From: Balanoglossus misakiensis
Lineage: Eukaryota; Animalia; Hemichordata
DNA: 64,000 bases
Direction: 5' to 3'
Assembly (NCBI GenBank): GCA_040954595.2
Contig: CM082594.2
Location: 8,687,573 to 8,751,572 of the forward strand
The position numbers were made by a program, and so were the translations under genes. The notes under the pieces were generated by a model that saw only the letters and a program-made list of their open reading frames with translations, was not told the origin of the DNA and did not search any database. Below, piece after piece: positions 11,666 through 25,203 of this stretch (positions are counted from its first letter, which is position 1; each line of letters begins with the position of its first letter).

Positions 11666-14600
11666 ATGGACTACTACGGACGGGCAGCCAATTTGATGCA
11701 ACCGCAAAGCGTGGCCGTGCCCACGGCAAGTTATCCGCCGGCCCAGGCGATGTACGCACACGCTCCTTCGCTGTCGTCTCTACCGGAGATGTACTCTTTG
11801 GCGAATCACCGTCGCCCTTTCTTGGACATAGCCACGACCAATCCGTACGTGGAGCGCTACCACGCCGAAGCCAGGGACGTTCCAACATGGTAAATCCATT
11901 AACATTATTTTCCAAACCACCCTGTCTTAAAATTATGTCCTCTGTCATTTGATTGAAAAAAGGGAAACAAAAAGTGAAATTTTGACCGGCAGCTTTTGAC
12001 TTACTTATTTCATGATCGAGAAAATTTGTAAGTTTCATAATGTATACTCAGCAATGTATTCCCTTGCTTTGCTTAGACAAAAAAATTCATATTTGACTTT
12101 TATCAACTTGGTGTTCGCAAGAATTAATTCAAAACCAGAGAGGGTTCTTGATTCTAGAATTTTGGATAAGCGCCTTTAAGCGGGAAATTAAGTACAAAAC
12201 ACCGGTAGGAAAAAAAAACAAGATTTTCAGTCACTTCACGATTGGGGAACCTTGCCATGGATTGGCAATGTGTTCCGTGATAAATCCCATTTGATAATGC
12301 CGAATCGTCTATTGGTTATAAATTAAAGTCGTAACCGCTCTTGCGATATAATCTTGCCAAGAAACGATTGTTTTCCCAAAAAAGGGTACAGTGATTATTA
12401 TTTTCTTCTCGGACACCTTTACGCGCACAGAGATACAAAAGAGATTATTTATCGTCAAATTGTCTTGATCTTGCTTCGAAGTGAAAAAAAATGAAGTTGT
12501 GTATCCAATTCGTGTAAAAAAAAATCATTCACAGGATTGTATAGTTGATATATTTTACTTTTATGGTCTTGACAGGAGGAACACCTCGGATATTTTCAGC
12601 CTGAGTGGATCGTCACCGACTTTTTCGAGCCACGAGACGGCCGTCAATAGTCTGCTCACCTTACAAAACGTCGTGTTTCGTCCAAGCTCTAACAAAAGCG
12701 GCAGCATATCTGGTTCCTCGGCCGATTCCACTAACTTTGATTTGAGTTTGCATAAAAGCGGCGACGAAGCTAAATCCGGCGATGATAAGGTATGTTTTCT
12801 ATTCCGAAGTTCACTTATTTCTAACTGTGCACTAGTGGCTCTTCGCTGTACCACTACTTGTCCTACGAGTTCACGATCACCGTGACATCGAATGGCAGCG
12901 AGCGTCAAATTCATAAGACGCCTGTCCAAGACAAGTGACGCCCGGCGCGGCCAAGACAAAGGGCGCCCAGTCATTTCAACTGACTCTGGTTAGTATTCCT
13001 TCAGAGTGCTTATGTTTTCTGTCTTGTCATTTCCCCCCGACAGACCTACAGCGGTAGTTCCTCGCCGAGCAATACCGACCACAGCGTACAAGTGCAGTTA
13101 CCGACGGGATATCCCTCGCTCAACCCTGCTTCATCGTGGGACTGCCTGGGCACCCCGGCCAATCGAGCGCCGTTTCCCACCAGCACCGGCGGCTACGTGC
13201 AGATAGACCAATCCATGTACCCAACGTGTGCACCCGTACGCGACAACCCATACGGAATGAAAGCTTCGCATGCGATGCCGTACTCTGAGTAAGTCCCTTT
13301 GATTTCACTTCGTAAAAGAAGCTTATTTCTTTCACGCAGATTGTTTGAACCTGTCACCCGAGCCTTTCAATATCCTTTGTGGTACTAATCGCAAATATTT
13401 TAACTTTCTGAAAATGTATATATTTGAGATGTATATGCGTACATGTCCAAAGTTCTAATTTGATGTGTGTCGTTCAGTGTTGTTTAAGAGATTTTCTTTT
13501 TGTATATTTATTTCCATCAAGAGAAAGATACAGCGTTGGTTATACTTTTGCACCTTTCTTGGGTTTCTTTTCCCCTTTTATCGACGATTCTATCCGAGGA
13601 TAGAATGTTTCTTCCGCGCCAGTCATATAAGCAGCCCGATCTCAGTCACTGGATTTTCAAACCAACAGCAAAATCTGAGTCCGGCACAGAAATAAAACGT
13701 GTAAAAAGGGGGGCTCACGGTATATTTCCTTGAAGAAATACAATCACTTATAATTTACATGTGTTGTACTTTTATGGCCTGTATAATTTAGAGAAACGTG
13801 ACAGCACGGTCTTCTAATGACCGTGTAGTGGTACGTTTTTCGCGTTGCCACCTAGTGAAATCTGTACTTGGTCGGATTTCCACTTTCCATTGTAACTGTG
13901 GTTAAATTCGCATTCTAGACCGTGTACCTTTAATTGATTAAGGGCGGTTTAGTAAAAAATGTGTGTTTCCATTGTCCTTGCCAACTTCCTTTCGCGCTTT
14001 CATGAAGCTCACGTGGCTTGTTCACGGACAGAAAGAGGCAGGGAAACGCGCGCGCGTGTTGACAACAGGCGACGGTGCATTTGCATATCCGAAGGGGGGG
14101 GGGGGGTATTGCGAATCGTGCACGCGCGAATGACGTTCGGTTCGTGGCGTCAACTGAGTTCCCGAGACGTGCTTTTGCACCAGACTTCCAATATAAACCA
14201 ACTGTCCTCAATTTTTGTGAAAGCCGGTGGTCACTGCTAATATACTCCTACAAAGCAGGCATTCTTGTATCAGCGATGGCTTAATCACCGCCATTCAGTG
14301 TTTCAACTGCATCGATGGATTCCGAATGAAAACATGGGATTATTTGTGGCCGGGTGGAAAAGACGTCACTAGTTTTTACACTGTAGGCACTTTTCACGGG
14401 ATTGAACGAGTGAGTGTGCCGGTTTTTCACGCATGTTGTGACAAGCATCAGCATTTCTGTTGGTCCTGTGACAAAGGTAACATCTACGTCATCCTGTCCA
14501 CCTCAGATGGTGTTAACCTATACGCTTGGTGTTTGGGTATTTTGTCTACATGACGGTATTTCGCAAATTTGGCTGTGGTTTATTCTTTTTTATTTCAAGT

Positions 14601-15970
14601 TGTCTTGGCAAGCAAGTGTTAAACAGTGCTTGGACCTCAATTTGCATTTCAGTAATCACGATTGACATCGACTTTCACAAAGATTACACGACTTGTTGGC
14701 AGACAGAGAACCCCCTCGGAGTGGCGCGAAGATCCGGCTTCGGACGACGCAGTCAGCACTCTTGATATTATAAACTTTACGAGGTTTGCATGCATGCATG
14801 GAGACAAGACTAATTCAAAGTCGTTGGTGGAATACCGTTTCTGTGTTCATAAAGTAAAATCATGTTAACAAGTTTATTTGCAGTATAAAAATGACTACAA
14901 TTACGCTTTGAAACTTTAAATACCAGTCATGAGGTTCAGTCAACGGATATATCATCAACAGTCGATTGAGACAGCTCACTCTTCTTAAGATGACTAGTTT
15001 ACAGAGGATATCACTCACCGATTAACATGCGAATATTAATAATTCACAAAATGCAACAACTGGCACTGTGATGAACACTGTCATACGAAATACCAATATT
15101 TTGCGCGCGTTATGTTCAACGTCGCGCATGGGGAATTTGATTCACATTTTTGCATTTATCCATGTATTGTAGATTTAGTGGTCCATTTAGCAGGTTTACC
15201 ACCGGCGGAGATGGGACGGAAACCTCCGCCAGGGAAATGATCAGACGCCAATTTCCACCTGCCGGTCCGGGGCTAGTGCAAGTGCGCCACAATAAAAACC
15301 GCGGTGTCAACCGCTGTAACATTTGCAACAAGACCTACGCTAGACCGAGTACTCTGCGCATCCATCTGCGCACTCACTCCGACGAGCAGCCGTACCGTTG
15401 CCAGACGTGTGCCAAGACGTTTAGCCAAGCCGCTAATCTGACCGCTCACATGCGCACGCACAGCGGAGAAAAACCCTTTAAATGCTCTATTTGTGACCGT
15501 CGTTTCTCTCAGGTAAGCGGAAGTCGTCGTCTCAAAAGGGTAAATCATTTTTCGGAGCTTGTGGTAGCAAGAGGTTGTTGAAGTAATGGTGGTGATGTGT
15601 GTGTGTGTGCACAAAGTTAATGAATAATAATTATTCTCATTATAATATATCGACCTGAGTAGCTGTGTTGAATTTCTGCCTCCTTCCCATATCTGACATA
15701 AGGATACAAACGTTTAACAGTATTTTTACCGACTCCATCATTGTCATTGTATATTTCTAGAGTTCATCGGTAACCACCCATATGCGGACGCATACTGGCG
15801 CTCGCCCCTACAAGTGCAACTTCTGCGAGAAAGCCTTCGCCGACAGCTCCACCTTGACGAAGCACAGGCGTGTGCATACTGGCGAAAAACCCTACCGTTG
15901 CAAGCTCTGCTACCAAGGGTTCTCCCAGTCTGGCAACCTGAACCGCCACATGAAGGTACACGACAACTAA
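11666..15970 (+). CDS. gl: Glass-family C2H2 zinc-finger transcription factor (5 fingers), 5 coding exons, 410 aa
   Basis: Exons 11666-11889, 12576-12789, 13044-13288, 15173-15512, 15761-15970. All introns are GT-AG with matching phases (2,0,2,0), total 1233 nt. The spliced C-terminus [79 protein letters not shown] carries the diagnostic Glass finger helices (RPSTLK/QAANLT/QSSSVT/DSSTLT/QSGNLN). The exon-4 acceptor has in-frame alternatives (15191, 15194). Confidence 0.93.
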
Positions 15971-16621
15971 GCGGACCCGGCAGCGAGGTGACAGTTGTGT
16001 TTTCAGAATCATTTCAGAATCATTCGTCGGCTTTCAATGATTATAACAACAATTTAGCACCTGGTGACAAGGTATTACCCAAATTCCATTGGATTTCATA
16101 ACACTATCAACGGCATTTCATAGCTCGCTCTAGCAGGTGTACAACTTGTCACAGCTTTTGATATAACAATGTATGTACTGTATCAAAAGCTATTGTGACA
16201 AAGTATATGAAACTGGTGGGATCAATCAAATGTGGATATTGAAGAATTCAAAAGAATTATTGTAATTCCAAAGACATGTATAATTCAATCCCCACAGTTG
16301 ATGTTTTCAACAGTTGACTCAACAATCCCACGAGAAGTGTTAAGCGAGACTGTCATTGCTGATGAGGCAGACCTTGTCTCACAGTAAGGACAGTCATACA
16401 TTGTCATCAAGCTCAACTCGGAATCTCTTATTGACATCAATGCTACTATTGCGAATACACCGAAGTGGAAGTTATTAGGCGTATGCTGAACTTCCTAATT
16501 AACAACATGCTTACTAAATTTACTGAAATGATGATATTCAGGCTATCTATAGCATTCTTATGAATACATGTATAAACCGCACCACTTTTTGCAGACTTAA
16601 TTTCGTATACGTATGAAGCTG

Positions 16622-16822
16622 AATAGACCATTTTCCGAACTCCACGAGACCCTGCGTGATCTCGCGAGACTAGGCAGTTTATATGTGAGGGCAATGTCAT
16701 GTGACACAGGACAAACAACACAGGACCCATCTAGTTAAACGGCAAAACAATTGTTGGTAAACTCTGCACCTATTCTAGTTTCATACAAAGCTTGACTTAA
16801 GCAAGTCTCGCGAGATCTCGCA
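16622..16822. mobile_element. MITE-like inverted-repeat element
   Basis: 19-bp inverted repeat tgcgtgatctcgcgagact (16653-16671) / agtctcgcgagatctcgca (16804-16822), 1 mismatch. The left flank agacca.tttccgaactccac..cctgcg recurs at ~6465-6492. Confidence 0.4.
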
Positions 16823-19800
16823 TTGAGTGGAACATAACAGTGAAATTTCTCTACAAATCCGGATATAAAACTGGGCATTTGACAATGCTTCAGAGATTCA
16901 AACTCGAAATTGCAGTTAATACCTCAACGAAAAATACGCATAGCATAGGCAAACCGGAGATTTAATTGGACCCATATTGATAATCTTATACGTTTGAACA
17001 ATCCTACTATATCTAATTACTACAGCTATCATATGACATGAAAACTAAAAAAAAAAAAAACAACAACAACAGGAAGTGTGGGCATAACATCATACCTTGA
17101 TCACGTTTTTGAAATGAGATTGAATACGTTTTATTTTAAGCTGTATGACAAAGGAGTGATTTCAATTTTGAAATCACAAACTTCCCCTACTCGTGCAGCC
17201 TCTGAGATATTGTAATATTGCGACTCAAATTAAGACTTTCGAACTTAATACCTTTAAATCTAATCAGACAGGCTTTCTCAGGAAGTAGATTAGATCATTT
17301 TAAAAGTTTTATGGGAGACATAGAGATGTTGTATCCAATATGATTAAGCTGTTACTTAAATGATGAGTGACAGCTTTCGTGGCTTTTGTGTCACAACAGT
17401 AATTTGGTGGCTTTCGTCAAATTACATTTAATTTTGTCACTTTTTGGTTAACCCTGGCAGGTGTGGCGTGATAGCAGGGTAAGCTCACCCATTCAGGCCT
17501 CGCAGAACCACCACTTACCAGTGGTACAACATGGCACTGTAGCGATTGTTATTTTTCCTGGTACTTTGCTTACCCTGAATGATAGTGAATGTTTGACCTT
17601 ATATGGCGTCATGTTGCACAATAAGTAGAGATTGACACCGCATTTTATTCAGGGACACCTTGCCATCTTTGTGGCTTTTAAATCTCTATACAGAGTAGCA
17701 TTATAACACTCTCACTCACATCCTTACAACAAGGGTTGGACACTACATCCATCCTTTTCTTTGAGTGAAAACAAAAACATATATAGCAAATCAGTTTTAT
17801 TATTTGTTGGTATTCACGTTAGATGTGTTCCTTTAGAATGCACTGATAGTGGTATTTTCATTTGTTCTGTTGAGTTCGTGAACTAATTATGTTTTAGCAA
17901 AACTCCAGTTTAACATTTTGAAACTTTAAAAACAAAACAAAAAAATAACATGTATCTCCAATAAATTTCTGAGTAGGAGGGCTGAAGTCAAACCAGACCA
18001 AAGGTGGACTATGTTTATCCTGAGCATATCTCTGGGGATTGTCCTCTACACAAAAATCTGGTGGTTTGGACTTTGCTTTATTTTCCGTCTCCACTGTTCA
18101 ATGTTTTACTTTTTTTTAGATAATTCTCTTTCTTTTCGTGACTCTGCGGGTAGTGCTTCTATATGCTTGGAGGGTTTGCCGTCTGAATGCCTGGCTCTGT
18201 TTGCAACCACAGTTGTACTGGTTCTTGGAGGTCACTCAGTTCGCTTGTGTCTGGCTTTGTGATCTTCCCCCTGCTTGCTTTCCCTACCTGGCTTTCCTAT
18301 GCTGTTACCACGTGGCAGCACCCTGCTCGATATGGTCTCATATCAGATAATGCAGACAGCTCCCCCTTCTTCTGTTTTTAAGTACCATGTCCACTCCTAT
18401 TTACATTTTGACTTAATACGGACTTGCTTGCTTTATTGTATTCAATTCGCCAGGAGTAGGTAGCAGTTTCTTAGACCCATGTTGGTCAATGCTAGTATTT
18501 GTTTTCTCATATAAGGGTTGATTGTTAAGTTTCTTTAATGTACTTTGGTCTACCAGGTTGACACTTAATCTGTCAGCCACCCCATGAAGAACTGGATTTT
18601 AACATCCTGTCTTAGACGCTAACAGCCAGTGCTGGACACTATGCTGGACCACTTTTTAATTTTTTTAAAGAAACTTAAGAAATCGCATTTACAGCCATTG
18701 TTAGTAGTATATATAACCGAAGACCACGATTAGGGCCTACCCAAAGTTATGCCAAGGGGAGGGCATGAATGTTTAGATTGCCTTACAAGATGTTGCCTTG
18801 GCACACTGCCCGCATGTGTGCTATTAATATGATCACCCATTGCCATTAACGTCGCTGCGCAGTACTACGTACATTAATTAATTTTATGCACGGATTAAGC
18901 TATCTCCTTTTCACCTAACACCATGGAAGCACTTATGAATGTTAAGTTGTGCACATCTTTTATGTTAATTACATATAGACCTTCTCAAAGTATTACACTA
19001 CGTTTAAAACTGTGCAATTCTCATACCTCGCCATTTACAATTCTGTCCCACTCAATGAAAGGGATTGTTCTACAATGAAGAATATGTTCATATAGAAAGT
19101 TATTTCCCTATTGTAATATCTAGCATCATCTCGAGCTAGACTATCATCTTTCAGAAATTCAATTTTATTTGTAATCTACTTAACTGACAAGTCATTTTTG
19201 GTTGACCATGATTGTCAGAAATTAGTTAATTTGATCCAGTAGCCATAGTGATGTCCCATACCACGTGACTTTCCAGAACACTTTTGTATAACGGATACGT
19301 ACGAAAACAAACAATGCACCGGACGATCAACATTTTATTTGAGGTTGACGAACAGTGAAGACTTCCTCACTGTTCCCATCATCCTGTCTGTATATTATTT
19401 TAGAAGCGAATGTCTGAAAAGGCTGATTTCGGATTGCTTTCAGTTTAATTGTTAATATTTCAAATTGTTGTCATTTTACTGAATACTGTACTTGTAAATG
19501 TTCTTGTTTAAGTTTCAGCCGTTCTCAAAATAAAAGGTATTACCATAACAATTTCTACTAGTATACTTTACACCAAGGCCAATAGTTAATAGATATGATA
19601 GTTGGATACCTAAAATTCAATGTAGAGTAATTAACGTTCTGTCTTTTTAACATTTAAAAGGATTATATTAACACTAACTGGAGTAGAATTACAGATCGGA
19701 TAGGGATACCCCTCAAACTTAATAACAATAAGCTCCAGTTTATGTTTTGCTACAGTTTACACTGCCTTTTTAATCACGTGGCATGATACAGTCAAATCAA

Positions 19801-20081
19801 ACACTTAATCAAAAGTATCTAGCATAATATCCATTAATTCTCTCGAATGCATCCTACATGAAGTGTTTTCCAGGTTGTTCTTGACTCTGGCCATGAGTAG
19901 TTACTAGTACATGGGAAGGCGAAGATGGCATTTGTCAGGGATCTGCTTCTTGGTTTGCTGTACTGAAGAGGAGCCACTACCCCAGAACCAGCATTTGTTA
20001 CACAAGGATTATATGGTGAAGATGTAGGACAATTATGAGTATCCATCTGTCTGTTGTCTATCTATTAATCTGACTATCTTT

Positions 20082-20345
<264 letters not shown>

Positions 20346-23300
20346 ACAGGCATCGCCCGGCACGCCCCTATAGTCTCCATTTAACTTATTTCTGCCTCAC
20401 TTCTAAAAGATTTAGATAGGATGTGCGCAAAGGTTTATGGTGGTAATAATTCTTTTGATGACCTGCAGAATTAGCAACTCGATTTGCTGTGGGTTTTTAA
20501 AGATGCCATTGATAAGGCAAAAGATGATTGCATTTGCATTTTACAAATCAAATGTGCGTAGATGTAATAATAACAAACTACCACTTCTGGTCATCCGCGT
20601 GTGACTCACGCCACAACATACTAACAGCACATGCGCACAAACGATACAGGCTGAGACAACTGGAGCTGTGAATGATCCACGTGACTTTGATTTTGGAATT
20701 TAGTTGGAGCAGCACTTCAGGCACCCAAGTCATTCACTCTCAATAATTTCTTCTAGATGGTATTCCTGGTGAAGAAATGAAGACCGCATAGTGTCCATCA
20801 ACTCAAGAACAATTGAAACAACCAAGGGCCTCAACGTACATGCAGCTGTAAACCCATCGCGACATGTTTGCCTATAATTCTTCTTTTGATATGCAGGCTT
20901 TGGGACTGGCGCCACCTATCAGTGTGTATGCATGGCTTTAATGGAGGACGATTACATCATGCAAACACCGTTACTACATTAGAAGTCTGTATCAAGACCC
21001 CTGAGAGGTGAAAAAGATGACACCAGAAGTCATTTTGAAGACCAGCTTTATCGCATTCTTGGCAACAAATTGATCCAGCTACCTCAATGCTGCCCACCAG
21101 GATCGATGACGATGCAGTAAGTGACCATTTCGCGTGTGAACATGTGATCAAACATGACCAGATGGATTGGATAACTTGCTCCGTGGTGACACCTACCCGC
21201 GCATGCGCAAGTAATTGAGAAGGGATCTGGCAGGCATTTGTGTCCAACAACGGAAGTTCCTGACAAGGACCCGGTCAAATTCATGGCAAGTTCTCCGAGG
21301 TACTTGACAAGTCCTATGAAATCTGGAAAAGGCATTTTCCTCAGGTGTCCACCAGCCGTTAAGATACGATCAGGATAACCTCACCGTGTTCTGAGGTAGT
21401 ATTTCTTGGTTCTTTCATCTGTAGGATCAACTCAAATCTGAAACCTGATGAGAAATCAGTGGTGGTCTCAGGCTGCTATTCATATGCAAAACCGTGCCCC
21501 GATTAATTGTGGAGGCATTATGTCCAACGCACAGGTGGATTTGCAGGTGTTCTGTATAATTATAACCTTTGACTTTGTATCCTGTGTCCAGTTTGGAAGA
21601 TTTTCTTTGTTGAAAACACAATTGGTTTTGCTGATTTGATCCTGCTCTTTGCAGGCTTTGGACAGTCTGGGCAGCTCTGCCTCGATCATATTTATTTCCA
21701 AAGATTAGATTCCTGTTGCAGGCATTCGTGTGTGGCGATGATCGATGTCCTTGAGTATTCCAGTTTTAGCCATTTATATCCATGTTCTGTGTCTACAACT
21801 ACTTTTGAGGGAAGAGAAAACATGTATGGAACTTAAATCCTACACACCCGTACATTGACATATTATTGATGCACAATGAAAACGCTTTAGTTGACGCCAC
21901 GGATATTAATTAATGCATGGTGCACGATAATTGTTGTTATATTGAATCGCACGCACACAATATATCATTTCAATTAATACTGTATTGCGCACAACTGTTC
22001 CTGCCCAAGGGTGTTCATATTAATATAGCGTCGCAGTAGAGTACTATGGCAACATTTACGGTATCGGGCCACCCCTTTGACATGACTACTGGGTAATCCT
22101 ATCCATAGTACGTGCAAATACCCATGATGCATTATGATTCGTACACAGAGATACCTAGATTTGCATAAGTGCATTGGTAAGCCCAGTGATGGCGAAGTGC
22201 TTAAAAACATGTGGACATTATGTTCTGTGAAATTTCCCCCATATTGGCGCGTCAGTTGACGTTTGTTAATTCGCCAACTGTAGAAAAACGCTCAGTTGCA
22301 ACAATGGTTGGCTTCGATGGATGTACTGTAGCAATATGGATAAACGAGAGATTTTAGGTAGGCCAACACTCATTCCTTTTGCCATCAGAAACACAAGCAT
22401 GCCTGGTCTACACAGGCCAATTATTGTTTATTATCAGCAGCCCCATCTTTGCATTCACTGTGTTTTTGCTTTTCTCATTCTACTGCTACCGTCTCTCTAG
22501 ATCTGCATCTGACCACCTGACCAAAAATGTCAGAGCGTGAACTTTTTCAAGTCATTTCTGAATTCTCAGGTGTTTGTGAACGCTACCATAATTATCCATA
22601 TATTCACCTCTCACCAGTGTTACTTTGGCATTCCTAATGCATCGGATCGTGTACCCGGTAGAGTGCATTTATTTGACCTAAATTGACACATTTCTTTTAT
22701 TTCTTCTTGACAGATATTCACACACCTGGGATTAAACCAGAGTTTTCATGTCAAAAGGGAAGTGTTCTTGGGCTTGATTAATAAGCTGGTGATCTTCCAC
22801 CACAATGGATGTTGTTAGTAGCCGTCACATTTGGTAGGACACACTACAGCTATGTATCTTACTGATTTTATTAAATATCATTTGAAAGCGAGATATACGT
22901 GTTCCTTATAATGATTTGTTTAATAATTCGTTTGTGTATGTAATCAGACAAGTACCCTCGCTGGTGGAAATGTTCGCTGACCTCTGCGTGAATCACGTGA
23001 CCCGTGAAAGGTCATAGATACATGCAGATACAGGTAAACCGCCATTTTGAAATTTGTTATACATAATTCATTGAGGATAGTCTTTTTTCCCCTTATGAAC
23101 ATGTTTTTCATATGGGTGGCTAAATACTAAGCACTTATGCAACAAATCTTCACATTTTGTTACCAGTTATACCAAACTTCATCTTATCCATCGTTAACCT
23201 AACGTCTTTTTTGCGTAACCTCTTCCTTTGTTTCCTTTCTTTGTTTCAGACTGACCGATTTACTAGTAAACCGGACACTTTTTGAACTTTGGTTGTTATT

Positions 23301-23351
23301 TTTGTGTTCTAACCATGTTCTCACTCTGTCTAGAGTGAAAATAAACTGCAG

Positions 23352-23430
23352 GTAGCTCGCCTATGGAGTCGAACCCAGGACCTCAGTTCAACAGATCTCC
23401 TCTCTGACCTCGACCTGTTCAACCAATCAG
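23352..23430 (-). other. tRNA-like Pol III A/B-box relic (possible SINE head or tRNA pseudogene)
   Basis: Minus strand B-box GGGTTCGACTCC (23365-23376) with A-box-like TGGTTGAACAGG (23414-23425) at tRNA-like spacing; I could not fold a cloverleaf. Confidence 0.3.
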
Positions 23431-25134
23431 ATTTACTGTTTCTTGAATGGTGGTGTCAGTTTACATGTCCGTTTGTGCTTTGCTGATTGGGCTGGGGACC
23501 AGCCAATCTCTGCGTGTACGATTCGTGTTGCATCATGGGATAAACCACATACTGTGCTATCTTGGTTAGGAGACAATAAATACATATATTGCGATTGTAA
23601 CCTTTTGTAAGCTAGGGCAAAATAACTTCCTATGAGAGTAGGCCTATTTACCATTATTGGAATTCGCGCTGCTATCCCTAACTAAAAGGACTGTGTTTTT
23701 TTATATTCCATAAGCAAATGTTTGCCAACTGTTTTATTAGAAAATGGAATAGCCCCTTTGATAATTAAGAACACTTGTTTAGCATGAAACCTGCCCGCAG
23801 ACGTCACTCGACCATTTCTTTAGTGTAGAAGTTGAATATTTTTTTCTTTGTTAACTTTTTTGTAGCGTGTTGGCCATGTGAAAAGCACTTTTGATGAAAC
23901 TTGCTTGCAATATGTGTTTGTTCAATTACCTGGTTCCTTTGGTATTAGATGGAAGGTGGTTGAACACCCTAGAGGGACAATTAGATTTTGTAATATAGAG
24001 AATAACTAATATGAAAAAAACTCATTTATGGGCTCATATTTCATTTTCAAAGTTGACGTTTTTTTCTTTAGAATGCAAGATATGGAGGACAGACACTGAG
24101 AATTTGAAGTATGCACTTGATTTATAACTTTTTAAACTCTACCATGCTGAGAAAAAAATCGTCAAAAGTAGGGTATTCAACCACCTTAAGCAACTACTAT
24201 TTAATGTATTGTTATTTTTGCACCACACAGATATGCCTTACTAGAAGTTGATATAAAATTTTCTTGTTGAGTATTTGACTATAAAAAAAGAGTATTCGAC
24301 TATAAAAAATATCCTTTAGCCGTTTTGTGAGTCAATGGAACTTTACTTTAGTATTGCAGTCATTTAATATGATAATCCCAACCTACGATATTGTGCACTT
24401 TGTAGGTCACGTGATGTAGGTGCAGTTTTTGTTTGCCCGTCTCGAATCCGAAACATCTAATCCGTCGGAATGTAATGAGCTAGTTGTAGTTAGTTTCATT
24501 TGTTTGTAAACGTGGACCATGATTTATGGTTGTAATATACGCATAAGGCTTTAAAAGGGTAATTGTGGCCGACAAATTGACTGATTGATTTCTGCCCACG
24601 TATTTGGAGGTGTGACTGTGTTATTTGGATACCAAGTGTCATTGCAGTCTTGTTTAACGAAGACGTTGTTTGTTTCCATCTGTGAGTCTTCATGTTAAAA
24701 AAATGAAATCATAGTCTTATTTTAATCCACAAACGTGTCTGCGTAGAATACGAATGTTGATCTGGAATGTTATGAAACCAGTTTGCGTGCGTGGCTTCTT
24801 GGAAGCTTACTGCACAGAATAATCGACAAATGTGCAATATTTAACTGATTTTACTGTCTTTGTACAATTGGAAATTGTCGAGGAATTAAAATATTGGACA
24901 AGAAATGCGGATTTGTGTTCATTCAATACGTGTATTTTGTAATGGGCGTATTGGAGTTAGTATGCACAGCGAATTTATAGTGCGGATTTAGAATGGTGTG
25001 GCCCTGTGTGTGCGGCGAGTGAAGAAAGTTGATCAGTGGATTTGTCTCGCTCATTAAAAACTGAACATACATCCGAGCTTCAATATTGTCGTCAGAATGC
25101 CTATAGCGACATGGATCTCTCTCCGTCTCTTTTC

Positions 25135-25203
25135 TTTCTGTCTCTCTCTGTCTCTCTGTCTCTCTCTCTGTTTCTATCTGTCTCTGTCACGCTCTCTCTC
25201 TCT
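25135..25203. repeat. Imperfect (TC)n/(TCTG)n microsatellite
   Basis: tctgtctctctctgtctctctgtctctctctctg... Confidence 0.8.

Noticed and set aside
14227-14553. 108-aa ORF inside glass intron 3
   Set aside because: No recognisable motif, not needed for the phase-consistent glass model, and starts at a non-ATG codon.
20346-21830. Possible decayed LINE/pseudogene (minus-strand KSTCALDIMPPQLI resembles the CALDPIP motif; plus-strand DGIPGEEMK)
   Set aside because: The hints are on opposite strands, are interrupted by many stops, and no RT core motifs (GVPQGS, YADD) are recoverable. It needs a blastx/RepeatMasker run before any call.
23352-23430. Functional tRNA gene
   Set aside because: A- and B-box-like motifs are present but acceptor and anticodon stems cannot be paired; kept only as a low-confidence relic.
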